A stretch of DNA of 63,454 nt, filler included, from Lenisia limosa (Eukaryota > Protista > Breviatea), in NCBI GenBank assembly GCA_001655205.1. It is 20 parts of 20 records of this genome, joined end to end, with 100 filler letters (N's around TTAATTAATTAA, not from the genome) between each part and the next. Parts side by side here need not be neighbours in the genome. Positions count along the whole stretch, not along the records: positions 1 to 4,859 come from LPNZ01000416.1; positions 4,960 to 6,370 come from LPNZ01008259.1; positions 6,471 to 12,591 come from LPNZ01007900.1; 17 more parts are not named here. The stretch is one strand, 5' to 3'. Positions within the stretch are counted from its first letter, which is position 1; every line of letters starts with the position of its first letter. Below the pieces are notes generated by a model. The model was not told the origin of the DNA. It did not search any database and saw only the letters and a program-made list of their open reading frames with translations. This document shows positions 1-12,069 of this stretch, piece after piece. The position numbers were made by a program, and so were the translations under genes.

Positions 1-49
1 GGGGTGATATGAATGAACTAATTCGTTACTGCATACTGTTATAAGTAAA

Positions 50-3000
50 ACCGTCCCATTACTCCCCTCATTGGATGACCACCCCGCTCACTGTTGGAAC
101 ATAGCCTGCTCTCATCTTTTCTTGGTGCTCAAACAGAAGGTCTATTATGTCAATGGAAGGTTCGGCATATACGCCATTTATAACATATAGAAAGTGATGG
201 TATACACTGATCATAATAAATCATGACCGTTTTGCTATACCACCAGGGTAAATTGGTCAAGGCATAGCACGATCACTAGCGCAGCTAGGTAAACCACTTA
301 CGAATTCTGCTTTCAGCACACTTCAGCCTTCTAGCTCTCCAGTAGCCGAAAATCAGGCCGAAGCCGACCATGAATATAACTGGTAAGGTGAGAACGAAGA
401 GTCACGTCAAATGGTAATTAGTAGTGCTTCACTTCGGTTGAAAAGACCGGTAAAATATAGATAATTTTCGAGGATTTATCAAAAAATTCAGTCTTTTTTC
501 TAACCGAAGTGAAGCCCTGGTAAATCCTAATGAAAAGTACAGCAGTTGGAGAAAGTGATACTGGGTTTCTCCCTTTTTAAAACGTCTTATTTTTGATTTC
601 ATCCCAAAATGGGGTGAGGACCGTTTGTTTTTTTAAAAAAAACAATAAAATAAAATAATTCAGCCAAAGATGATATGATATATATTTTGGTTCAGAAGTA
701 TGGTGTTATTTGTTTCCCTCGATTTTTAATGTGAATATAGTATACTATTTCTTATTCAAAAACAAAGAGAAAGAAGCACTGGAAAGAGATAGTCCCAGCC
801 TACGTCCAGATATGAAGAAAATGGCCAAGCTGTTGTTATCGCCTTCTCGATCCTAAAGGGTCAAATAGAACGTATCTATGGTGTCGACGACTTTGTCCCT
901 TTTGGGTGTTAATCTCATATGATATAATCATAATATTGTTGCCTTAATAACCCAATCCATCCATCAATATAGCCGCAAACGTGAAACATGACGTAGATGA
1001 TGGAAAACGACGAGCCTCCAGCAAAAGCCATTTGCATGCATTTCTAAACAGTGAAACAGTGTGATATTACATGTACATACCATATTTATAAACAGTAATA
1101 TAGTGTGATAACATGTACATATTTATAAACAGTAAAACAGTTGACAAATGCAATCTAAACAGTCAGTGTGAGACATGTATTTCAAAACAGTAAAACAGTG
1201 ACGCTCCGTGAACGATCGAAGTAATTCAGAATGAAAACGGTTGCAACACCCTCACAATTCTCGACCAAAAGAGTCGGTAGTATGACGGTCTCGCTGTAAC
1301 GCCAACTGCAACTCCAACTACACGAGTGAGATATGAATAGCATGCACCCCTTCTCATCCAAAATTAAAGTTGAATTTCATAAGAAGGAAGAGGTGATAGT
1401 AACATTTCTTTTTTTGAGGATTTCTCCACCATTAGTAATGCTTGATGTACCAGAAGCCCTCCTCAAACTCATTGGAACGGCTAAGAGCACGAAAGACAGA
1501 AAGAGTTTGGATTTGCTTCGGATGTCAAACATACGGAAGAAGACAACCCAAAGAGTCTTCACCACAAGGATTCTGGGGGGTGAGGAAAACGGGCACGTTT
1601 TAGATTGTAGGGTTGAAATAAATGGTCAAGAAATATTTTGATATGGTAATGCGTTTTAGCGTTATTACAGATCTGAATCATCATTCCTTTTGGTCCCTTG
1701 CAACAGTCATAGCATGGGAATTGCTTTATTAGATATGTACAGTGACCGAAATAAGTCTTGACCAATATTCCTTAAGACAATCAATATTATGTGAAATAAA
1801 AACCAGACATTAGAGTGGACGGTTTCAAAAGACATGTAAAGTAGCAATATTTATCGAGGATTTATCTTGTCTCGATCGATATCATGTATATTCTCGATAT
1901 ATATCGATACTTTAACGGTCTTTTTCTGACCGCTGGGAAGGCTTAACCGTACCTGAACTCAAGCCATGATTCGGGCCGGGCTAGAATGGATTTACTCCTG
2001 GGGTTACTGTCGTAGAAGCTACACATGATCAGTGTGGGTCTTATTTTGTATTCCTAGATTGTATTTCACGAAAAAGGTATCAGGTAAGGTTGTTCACAAA
2101 AAACCAGCTTACAAAAGAGATATCACCAGCACAAACGGGAAAAGGACTAGAATCGCGATGATGGAAGAAACTATAAGGTGATACAGGGCTAGAGAAAAGT
2201 AGAGCTTTACAATTCAGTCTTTTTTCGAACCGAAGTGAAGCCCAAAAGGTGATACAGGGCTACAGAGAAAAGGGCCAGATTGGTTTAATGTTCAAGTCTG
2301 GAGTAAGAAGGTTCAGCATCTTCCCCCCACTTGAATACGGCAGATAATTGATATCGAAGCAGCTTTCGCTCCGCCCAATATAGTTGTACACGGGGGAGTC
2401 GGGGTTGTTGCAACTCAGAAACGTCATAAACAACTAAGGACAGTGAGTGGACAGTGAGTAATTGTACAAGAAAGCGCTCACATTAATCGCCGGAATGTAG
2501 AGGGAGGTAGCCAGGAGGGAGCACGTGATTCGAAGGATCCGAATGAGGTAGATTGGGGCCGAGCCGTACTAAAAGGTCAGACAATATTCATATCCACTCT
2601 AGTGATGTATTATCATGTGACCGATTTTCGAGTCGAAATGAATGGAGGTAACAAAAGGGTTCACCCTGAGTGTAACAGAAAATTATTGTGATTTATTGGT
2701 CAACTATTATACAAGTGGATTGCATATCATTGCTAATAACATCATATAATGATATTACTATTATTATCAACTACTCAGCACTTTTTTCTTTAACAATGCA
2801 ACAACATGGTATTCAAAAACACAAGGACCATCATAAGATCTGGCTAAGGGTCATCGTCATATATATCATTACATACGCTTTTTTGGCTTGGTAGGTTAGG
2901 TCACTAAAATTCCACTGATTACTTTTTATTTTGAACCAAAGATGTTAAAAGAATACCATCCCATACCTTATATTATATTGAACATTTGCCCGGTCAGTGC

Positions 3001-4061
3001 AAATATAAGGTATGGTATGGTATTCTTTTAACATCTTTGGTTCAAAATAAAAAGTAATCAGTGGAATTTAAGTGAACAAAATAACGATAAAAAAAGGGCC
3101 CAATTTTGCAACTGAAGACGTTTTTTTTTCATTTTTTTTTTTTTCAAAAAATACAACCTAATTTCTAATAATAATAAAAATAGGCTTAACATAAATCCAT
3201 ATCTAGTCCACCAATGATCGCAAGATCAGTTCACAAAGCAAACCTGCGTAACCCGGGTGGTGATGTGATAGGCTGAGAACACAGTGAAGAAGACAACTCC
3301 TACACCACAGGCAAACATCACTCTCCACATCCTGCATCGGTTACAATGGGGAAATCCTGATTCTCTAATAATTCCCGCCCGTTGTTATTTTCCTTCAAAT
3401 AAGTCAGAAAATAAAATGATATTCAAGACAATACTGCTCAACAGAAAGAGTAGTGACTGTGAGGGTAAAATAAGGCCACCATCATAGCTGACTGATCAGG
3501 ATCCAATCTGTAAAACCATGAATTTGGAAAGCCAGGTTCCGCAACCCCCTTGCTCACTCAAAGCTCAGATTATATGACGACAGTGGGGCTACGAAGAACT
3601 CCAGAAAGCTCTCGAGCCATGTTGCCTCCTTCAGCACCCCCGTCGCCGAAATGAACGTCAGCATTTCTGCGTTCAATGAATGGTGCTGGTAGCAGGTCCC
3701 ATGAAAAAAAACAATACGAAAAAGAACATAAGAAGGAGGTGGTTGATTTTCGGTAATATGTTTGCACTGAGAGGCAATGATTCATGCTGCACAACCAAGC
3801 CAGGCCTACGAAAAAGGTCAATGACGAAGCTGAAGACCTGCAGGACATTGTTGCGAGACTGACCTGAATGTCGTTAATTGGCCGAAAATCATCTCCCGGT
3901 CCAAGTAGTGCATCCCATGCATTGCCACCATCATTGTTTCATGCAGGTTTACCTGAAACCAGGGTGTGGAGGAAGCTGAAAAGGGTCTCTTCTGCTCTTG
4001 ATCGAATATGGATATCAAGAGGGTCTCCCCAGGACGATGAAATATCTGTTGGCGGGTTCAT
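50..4061 (-). CDS. Multi-exon multi-pass membrane protein, possibly TmcB/TmcC-like N-terminal region (3' end runs off the window)
   Basis: ATG at 4061. Manually spliced exons: MNPPTDISSSWGDPLDIHIRSRAEETLFSFLHTLVS; MWRVMFACGVGVVFFTVFSAYHITTRVTQ; YGSAPIYLIRILRITCSLLATSLYIPAIN; LFMTFLSCNNPDSPVYNYIGRSESCFDINYLPYS; TLYHLIVSSIIAILVLFPFVLVISLF|FYDSNPRSKSILARPESWLEF; VIFMVGFGLIFGYWRARR. Family is from memory of motif pattern only. Confidence 0.6.
423..518. mobile_element. MITE M1 (~97 bp palindromic element)
   Basis: agtgcttcacttcggttgaaaagacc...gtcttttttctaaccgaagtgaagccct, with ~28-bp TIRs. Confidence 0.85.
1046..1200. repeat. Degenerate ~45-bp tandem repeat (aaacagt...gtgtga...acatgta)
   Basis: Three to four diverged units. 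Confidence 0.6.
2901..3075. repeat. Long inverted repeat: 74-bp arms (72/74 identical), 27-nt spacer
   Basis: 2901-2974 versus the reverse complement of 3002-3075. Confidence 0.95.
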
Positions 4062-4436
4062 GGTCCTTATTCCGGGCTTGGTATATTTGAAGGAACGCAG
4101 TCAAATGATCAAATGGACAATAGGAGGAGGGGAAGGGGGCTAACTATCACTCGCCAATGTGGCCCTCAGAAGATAAGTCAATATCAGGTTTGTTTTATCA
4201 CCATGTCAACATTATAGTGACAAGAAAGCTCTCTACTGTTTTCTAGTTGGTTCCGTGCGCCGGGTTAACTAGCTATGACTTAATGTAACCCCAGGTTAAA
4301 ATATTATATAAGTAATTTAAAAATTTTCATGGACAGTATGACGGACAAATGTTAGCTTCGATAAAACAATGGGAAAACTGCTAACGACTACATAGAGCCC
4401 AATTTCAAATGTAGGTTCAAGCCTTAGCCAAACAGA

Positions 4437-4859
4437 ATGGGTTGTGGCTCAAGCAAGTCTCAAAACGTTGACCAACCAACGAGTAACGCGCCTATCCGTG
4501 GAGCGAAATACTATGAGAACGAATCAGAAACCCAGAGGGACACGTTTCCCTCCGTCCCTGTCGACCCTTCCACTACCTCGCTCTATTCGCAAGCCCCACA
4601 CTCTTCAATGGTGTCATCCGATACTTCAGGCTTCCCATACCATAAAATAGTACCTCGCTCGCTGTCGGACGATGAAGCTGATGCAATCGTTGACGAACTA
4701 GGTTTGGATTGGGTAAACTATTTGGGTGGGCGGATACAAGCGTAGAAGGAAGTTGCACTGTGTAGTCTCTAATAAATGGAGGACATTTTATTCTCATATT
4801 CCAGGAGACGATGAAGACTTTGACGAGCACCAGATCTCCATTCTGACATCAGTACCTTC
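4437..4859 (+). CDS. Hypothetical protein with N-terminal MGCGSSK myristoylation/palmitoylation motif (partial)
   Basis: ORF starts MGCGSSKSQ. Probable donor after NYLG and acceptor cattccag before GDDEDFDEHQISILTSVP. Truncated by contig end. Confidence 0.6.
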
Positions 4860-4959
4860 NNNNNNNNNNNNNNNNNNNNNNNNNNNNNNNNNNNNNNNNN
4901 NNNTTAATTAATTAANNNNNNNNNNNNNNNNNNNNNNNNNNNNNNNNNNNNNNNNNNNN
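4860..4959. other. Artificial contig spacer N44-TTAATTAATTAA-N44 (first of 19)
   Basis: 12-mer at 4904, 6415, 12636, 15840, 17497, 26006, 29228, 31592, 34772, 35888, 37141, 41741, 43348, 46821, 53152, 55357, 56934, 59980 and 61809. It gives stops in all six frames. Confidence 0.99.
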
Positions 4960-6272
4960 CCAGTACGTCGGCACCCGAAACCGTAAAAACAGTTGATAAT
5001 CCCACACCCGAATCCACAACAGGAGCTGAAACTCCCGAAAAAAATGTTGAAAATCCTCCAGAAACAATTGAAAATCCTGAAGTTGAAAGCGCAGAAAAGT
5101 CTGAAAGTTCTACAGAATCAGCAGAAGCTGTTGCCGTCTCTTCTTCCCCAGTTGTTGAAAATCCCACACCAAATTCCTCCGCACTCACAGAAACAATTGA
5201 AAATCCCCCCGCACCGACAGAAACAATTGACAATCCCCCCGCACCGACAGAAACAATTGACAATCCCCCCGCACGGACAGAAACAATTGAAAATCCCCCC
5301 GCACCCACAGAAACCATTGACAATCCCCCCGCACGGACAGAAACAATTGAAAGTCCTCCCACACCCACAGAAACAATTGANNNNNNNNNNNNNNNNNNNN
5401 NNNNNNNNNNNNNNNNNNNNNNNTCCCCCACACCCACAGAGTCGACTGCTTCCGCTCCTGTTCCCACTTGCCCCGCTCCTGCCACTCAGACTCCAGGTTG
5501 GACCTCTGCTTCTTTTAGAGCAAAATGAAGACACAACTACATCTGATGAAACCTTTTTGAAAAAATATGAAAACTGTGATCTTTTCATGATGCTAAGATT
5601 TTTTTTATTCTTATTTTTTTCGCAATTGACCTCCACAGCTCAACCCACACCCGAGTCCACTGCGCAATTCTCTGCCACTGCCACTCCGAACCAGGTTGAT
5701 GACGCCCGGGAGAATGAGGTTGGAGGGGGAGAGAGTAAAACGAAGGAAATTTCGATGAGGAACATTGGCGTAAAGGTACTAATCACGAACGGAATAATCT
5801 GAAACTCCAAACAAACAAAAAACANNNNNNNNNNNNNNNNNNNNNNNNNNNNNNNNNNNNNNNNNNNNNNNNNNNNNNNNNNNNNNNNNNNNNNNNNNNN
5901 NNNNNNNNNNNNNNNNNNNNNNNNNNNNNNNNNNNNNNNNNNNNNNNNNNNNNNNNNNNNNNNNNNNNNNNNNNNNNNNNNNNNNNNNNNNNNNNNNNNN
6001 NNNNNNNNNNNNNNNNNNNNNNNNNNNNNNNNNNNNNNNNNNNNNNNNNGTTTCTAACCATCACAACCACCCGTTGCTATCAATTGCTTCTTCCGTTGTT
6101 TTTAGGGTTTCTCTTTCCCCCACAAACAATGGATTTTCTTGATATATCCTCTGATGAACATCTTTATTTCACCAGTCTTTTTCGATTTGCCAAGAATTAT
6201 GTCTTACCATTATAGCCCCCCTTTGCTCTCGACCCTCTTTCGCTTCCTTATCGTCAAGTAGTTGACCCCAAG
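4960..6272 (+). CDS. Pro/Thr/Glu-rich protein fragment with 10-aa tandem repeats (ETI[E/D]NPPAPT)
   Basis: Open frame STSAPETVKTVDNPTPE...TETIENPPAPTETIDNPPAPT. Later exons AQPTPESTAQF...DARENE|gt and PPFALDPLSLPYRQVVDPK|gt. Confidence 0.6.
5188..5380 (+). repeat. 30-bp coding tandem repeat, at least 6 copies, interrupted by a gap
   Basis: Unit acagaaacaattga(a/c)aatccccccgcacc(g/c) repeated head to tail. Confidence 0.95.
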
Positions 6273-6370
6273 GTGGGTGGGTAAAATTGACAAATTTATG
6301 AAACAAAAAAAGCCCAAAATTAACTTTATTGGCTGACAAAACACGAGGGTTGGCTGATAACAACAAAACA
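6273..6370 (-). mobile_element. Family A copy antisense to the host, starting at the 5' splice site
   Basis: aag|gtgggtgggtaaaattgacaaatttatgaaac...ggctgacaaaacacgaggg. Confidence 0.75.
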
Positions 6371-6470
6371 NNNNNNNNNNNNNNNNNNNNNNNNNNNNNN
6401 NNNNNNNNNNNNNNTTAATTAATTAANNNNNNNNNNNNNNNNNNNNNNNNNNNNNNNNNNNNNNNNNNNN

Positions 6471-9400
6471 CTCTGTGACCGAATTGGGGCCCACAGAGTC
6501 CATGACTTCCTCAACCTGCTCTTCGAACGCTTCGACATGCTCACAGAGAAGCATGACTGTTACAAGCTGGAAACGTGGGTTTTGCTTTTTGCTCTACCAT
6601 GCCTGCGGTGCTAGCGACTGGCCTGGTCTTTGTTTGTTTTGTTGCTATCGTCCGTCGTGTGTTGTCAGTCAACAGAGTTGATTTTGGGCTTCTTTTTTTT
6701 TTGTTCATAAATTGTCCAATTTTACCCCCCCCCCCCGTNNNNNNNNNNNNNNNNNNNNNNNNNNNNNNNNNNNNNNNNNNNNNNNNNNNNNNNNNNNNNN
6801 NNNNNNNNNNNNNNNNNNNNNNNNNNNNNNNNNNNNNNNNNNNNNNNCAGCACAAAAATGGCCAAATGACCATTCAGGATTGGAGACGCGTTTGTGATGG
6901 TCGGTGGGGCCCTGAAGTCGGACGCCTACGCCGCCGAACACATCATCAACCTCTGCTTTGACATGATCGCTTGTCTACCGGAGGTCTGTTGCATTCTTTT
7001 TTTGTTCTTATCTAAAACAGTCAAGGGGCTATTATTTGAGCTTCCTTGTACAATATCGATAGTAATTGGACTTTCCCTTACCAAATCATATCATTGGCCA
7101 GTTTTCATGAATATTCCTTTACTCGTGTCTGTCAGTATTCCGTTTGCTAACCCGTACCAGGTTCGTGATCTTTGTGGTCTGAAGTCTTTGCAAATCCGCG
7201 CCGGGGTCAACTCGGGACCGGTTCGGGCTGGTGGGGGGGAATAGTTACAATTAGGGGGAGAATGTTTGGAGGAGGGGGGGGGGGACNNNNNNNNNNNNNN
7301 NNNNNNNNNNNNNNNNNNNNNNNNNNNNNNNNNNNNNNNNNNNNNNNNNNNNNNNNNNNNNNNNNNNNNNNNNNNNNNNNNNNNNNNNNNNNNNNNNNNN
7401 NNNNNTTCAGGAGTCGTAGGTAAAACAAGACTACACTGGCAGCTAATTGGTGGAGTTATCAACACGGTTAGCAATCATCATTAGACAGTTCTCAAATATC
7501 ATCCAAATATTGCGGCTCAGCTAAAAAGAGAGTCGTAGAGCCAAAGGCATGACATTCCAGGCTTCCAGAATGGAGACTCATAGTCTACCAGGCTATATCC
7601 ACTGCACTTCTGTGGTGTACAAAACGCTCAAGCATCGCTACCTCATCCAAACCGCGTTGGTGGCGGAGTGTAATCATATATCTCTTGTTTTTTACGAAAG
7701 GGGTCCGTATCAAACAATTGAATTCGCTCTTGTTTCTTGTGATATTGTATGTACTATGAGTTATTATTCACTAATTCCAATCTCTGAGCCTGTCATCACC
7801 CTCCAGCCCCATCAACAAGCCAGCTGTCACGTACAAGCCTGTCGGACAGCCGCCCACCAAAACCCCCCCGTACCCCCGCGGCCATCCGCTATGCTCTACA
7901 TCCATGTCGCCCCCGGCATTGCTTGGGACCCCGAATTCTCTGGGACAGTCCTTCAAAACTGAAATGCCTGCAAGCTACTCGGTTTGCTTTCCCTGAGAGT
8001 TTTGGCACTAGAAAGGGGGAAGTGTAGATATTTACCATGGACTTTTAAAGAATTTATTCTGTAACAGTTCACTTCAGAATTATCTGAAATAGCACATTCC
8101 ACTTGACTTCTTTCTATTTGACTCCTAAAACCTCCTTAGATGACTTACATCCCAAAATGTATAACTGTCAACTTGAGTAATATGACTGATTTATATATTA
8201 TTTGAGAGGTAACCAATTATATATATACTGATATCTTAGCGAGACATTGTGACGCCATCAACGCCACCGCTGAGCATGGTATCCGTAGCAGCCGTCCCGG
8301 TTTACCGCTTCATTGACCGTGGCGAACTTCAGGTCAAGTCCAAGGGCAGCATCCAGACCTACTTCACCCTCACCCCTGAGCAGTCCTTCACCATTGACGA
8401 AAGGCTCACTGCGCATCCCGATCTTCTCGAGGACTGCGCGGTTGGTGGGGTTGGTTCTTCTTCTTCGTCATTTTTGAGTGGTTTTGTTTAGGTTCACTTT
8501 TAAAGCGGGCGAAAAGCAAAAGGTGCTTTTTTGGATTTTTCTCGACATAACAAATTTTTCAGAGGGTCCTATTTCACTGGATCAAAAAGACCGCTGAGAA
8601 GGAAAAAGGGGGCTCTAACACGATCAGGGAAGAATGATTTTCCAAATATTGCATCTTTCGGTTTGCTTAAGGTGCTAAAAGCTTAATAAAGGTTTCAAGA
8701 GTAATTAAGATACGGGTTAGACCACAGTAAAAAGAGAAGTAGATTTTTTAAAAAAAAGTTGCCCACTCCGGGGCTCGATCCCCCTCTAGTTAAGAAACCA
8801 ACAAAAGTTTAACTGGTGTTCATTTGACCACAAAAAAAAATGGCGCGCACAATCTCTGCTTTTGGCCCGCTTTAAACCAAGATTGGAAAGGTCCGGAGAG
8901 GTAGCGATATAGCAGGTTTCTGAAGCAGCATAAAATTGCCAAATACATTCAGTAGACGTGGGAGGAAGAAAGAGAAGGACTTCAAAAGAAGGCAAGGGAC
9001 AGCATAGTAACTCTTTAATGCTATACTGACATTTACACTAGTTTAATCATTTAGTATTGAAGTAAATTGGAATAAACTGAAGGGACATCACATTAAAAGA
9101 GAACTAAATCCTCCAGAATCCAAACTGAACATTTATTCAAAGCAAGTTCTGCTGCTTTGTCTCAAAGCTTTGAAATCACTTTGAACTTAGTATTTATACG
9201 CAAACGATACGCAGAGAGGCAGCTAATCTCCCTTTAACCTCCAAAAGCTAAACTGGAAGTGTTTTTGCATGGGAGAAAAAGCCTTTTGAGGGCTTACTCA
9301 AGTCTAACTCCTCTAAACGTTTATTCTAACTGCACTTTTAATCGAATATAGCAAACATAAGGAAAGCGAAAGGTGGTCAGAGCAGGATCTGTGACACGTC

Positions 9401-9625
9401 ATAATTTACCATTCCAATCTCGGTTTAAGCCCAAATTCTTAATAATTCTTTGATACTAAAGTGTATGATATTATTACTTATTCTATGTTTATTGTATTTT
9501 GTAAATATGACGGTCATGGCTTACTCCTTCAGCCCCAACCCGCTATTCCCGAGATCCGTCGGCTGGATTCCCAAGAGCGGTCAGAAAGCACGAGTACCAT
9601 TGACCACATCCTCTCATTGTCGAAG
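6471..9625 (+). CDS. Class III nucleotidyl (guanylyl/adenylyl) cyclase catalytic region, multi-exon, 5' partial
   Basis: Spliced: ...FERFDMLTEKHDCYKLET|IGDAFVMVGG...HIINLCFDMIACLPE (6878-6983)|VRDLCGLKSLQIRAGVNSGPVRAG (7161-7230)|GVVGKTRLHWQLIGGVINT|ASRMETHSLPGYIHCT...RGELQVKSKGSIQTYF. All are canonical cyclase motifs. The last exon (to 9625) is uncertain. Confidence 0.88.
6603..6737 (+). mobile_element. Family A copy in a cyclase intron
   Basis: gcggtgctagcgactggcctgg...caacagagttgattttgggc...aattttacccccccccc. Confidence 0.85.
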
Positions 9626-12069
9626 TAGTTTGAGAGAATATTCACCTAGGTTATTGTTTTCATTATTCTTTTGTTTTTTTAGGTTATTGTTCTGTTTCCA
9701 TTTGACTGCTTTTTTTTTCCGTTTTTGATTGTTGGAGTGATTGTAAAAAAAAATTTAGTATGTTTTTTATCTTGTCTCTTTATCCAATTCTGGGAAACTG
9801 GGTTTGACTGGCTTATTGAAACATCTTGAAAACTCAAAGGTGGTAATTGAACAAATGAACTGCAGTGACTTTATGAAACGAAAAGCCCACAATCAACTCT
9901 GTTGACAATGTGCATTGTTGGTTAGAAAGTTAGAAACACACTAGGGTTGACAAGTTGAAACAAAAAAAAAACCTCGGCCTGAAAACTGATTGCCATAAAG
10001 GAGACAGACAGTCAATTGAAATGCATATGGTTCTGTGGCAACTCTCCGAATTGTTCTCATCATCTGCATTCCTCCTCCTCTTGTTTTTCAATCTCTCATT
10101 AGTTTGTTCGTTTTTTCTTTCTCTTTGTGTCAACTGTTGGATTGAGGAAAAGGAGGCGTACTTCTGGCTCGGAAGTTCATCCGATGCACGCCGCCGGGCG
10201 AGTTTTTCTTCTGGATTGTTTTTCTTCTTTCTCCCAGAGCTTTACTGAGACAATACTGACACAGTTTGACTCACTCTGATTCATTGGAGATCAATTCTTG
10301 ATCTTTTTATAACCAACCACTATGTGTTGTTGTTTTAAGTGGAATTCCAAGACATGGATGGTGATTATCACCGCCCTGTCCCTGTTTTCTGCTTATCAAA
10401 CCGAACGTGTTGCCTCCAGGCTGTTTTCAAACGATTTCAAGCACGTTTCAGATACTACCAATCAGTATCGCAATGTAGGCCTTACCTTTCGCTTTCTTAC
10501 TTCCTTTAGATTATTATTATCATTTATTTTTTATCATTTGCTGCGTTGGCTTATCTTTGGTACTATAAGAGTCAAAAGAATTCTAGGTTTGTGTCTATTT
10601 GCTATAAGGTGTTTATATTTTGCTTTTATTTGCGTAACTTGTGTTTAATTAACAAGTAACTGCAGCCTTTGTGGCATTTGACAGTTTAGATTTGGATACA
10701 CTCTTTTGCCTCAAGCTACCCATGAGCTTAAGAACGCTGAAGCCAACCACATCTATGTTCCCGCCGTCAAATCATCATCATGTTTCACCGGTTAGCAACG
10801 CGTATTTCGTCTTTGTTGTTCACTTTTTTTTAGGTTTTCTCTTTTGGTTGGCTGTTGCCTTGGTAGTCATCTTCAATGTTCTTGGGATTGCATGCTGGGG
10901 CTTAAGGGCCCTCACTCTTCCCACTACCTCCGGAAGTCTAGAACTTGATTGTCTCACAGCTAAAGTCTCTGTATGCTCTTTGAATTCTCAAGATAAGTAT
11001 AACTTTCCGTTATTTACTCAGTTGAATTATCTATTTTTTCTAGATGTCCTTTTTATTCCTTTTAGGTCAAAAGATCCGCCTTAGGTGTGCCTTATATTGA
11101 AGCAGAGAATGAATTGGACGCTTTCAGGGCCCAAGGAGCAGTCCATGTTCAAGACAGGTTAGGATTGTTGTCGTTTGCCTTTGTTCCCGATTCTGCTCTC
11201 CGTATATAACAAAACATAGGCTATTCCAGATGGAATACCAAAGACTCTTGGCTACAGGTCGCATATCCGAGGTAGGCCACCTTTTGCCACCACCAACCTT
11301 CTTACCGCCCGCAGGTTCTTGGCGCTTCGTTGGTGGAAGTTGATAAATATACCAGAACATTAGGTTTGTGGGGGTTTTCCGTTGATATTGGTCTTCTGGA
11401 CTAATCTTTGTCTCCTTGTCATCTTTTGAGTGCTCTCCTGACACCTGTAGGCTTCAGGCGAAATGGTATCCGCAACTGGGAGAACCTTGACCCTGCAGCT
11501 AAGGCTCGCATCACCGCGTAGGGCCTTACCTCCGATAGCCGCTCTGCTTTCTGCTACCTTCCTGGGCTTTCTAGCATCATGTCAACCATTTTAGTCGAGT
11601 CCTGCCTCATTCTATGAAATCCGTTGAAATATTACAAGATACTCCATTTTTTAACCCACCAGCTATCTGGAAGGAGCAAACGGCTATCTCGAAAGTGTCA
11701 GCTTCCTCTCCCTTGAGCACCTTCTTCTCGGCATGTTCTCGGTGGAGCCCTTTACGGAGGTCGATCTTATGGCCTGGGTTGGCGGGTGATCTTGTCTTCT
11801 GCCTTGTCATTTCTGGCATTCCTTTGTGTCGTTGGTATCGTTACTTTACTCTCTTCAATGGGGTTTTCTTCTTGTCTCCGTTGTTTCCCCTTTGCAACTC
11901 ATCATGTTTGAAAAGGCCTGAACATGTTTGCTAAATACCAATCACTTTTTCATTCCCGGATAGCACTCTTTTTTTTTTTTTTTTTTAATGNNNNNNNNNN
12001 NNNNNNNNNNNNNNNNNNNNNNNNNNNNNNNNNNNNNNNNNNNNNNNNNNNNNNNNNNNNNNNNNNNNN

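Noticed and set aside
423-518. M1 as a CRISPR repeat, bacterial REP or tRNA-derived SINE (contains GGTTCGA)
   Set aside because: It is dispersed rather than arrayed and has no spacers or cas genes. The GGTTCGA is part of the TIR, and there is no A-box, cloverleaf or tail.
4904-4915. Regularly recurring TTAATTAATTAA as a biological motif
   Set aside because: It is always centred in exactly 100 bp with 44 Ns each side, so it is an assembly spacer.
4904-5802. Long ORF-track entries 4904-5485(-), 4993-5802(+) and 5118-5636(-)
   Set aside because: They are shadow frames of the 30-bp coding repeat. The plausible product is the ETIENPPAPT frame, which is not listed.
8759-8790. tRNA-like 3' half on the minus strand (gggggatcgagccccggagtgggca followed by a T-run)
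   Set aside because: The T-stem pairs poorly, and no matching 5' acceptor strand, D-arm or anticodon arm lies upstream.
11120-11900. GC-richer block as a retroelement or viral fragment
   Set aside because: No RT, integrase or transposase motif and no sustained open frame could be identified. It is more likely exons of an unknown gene.
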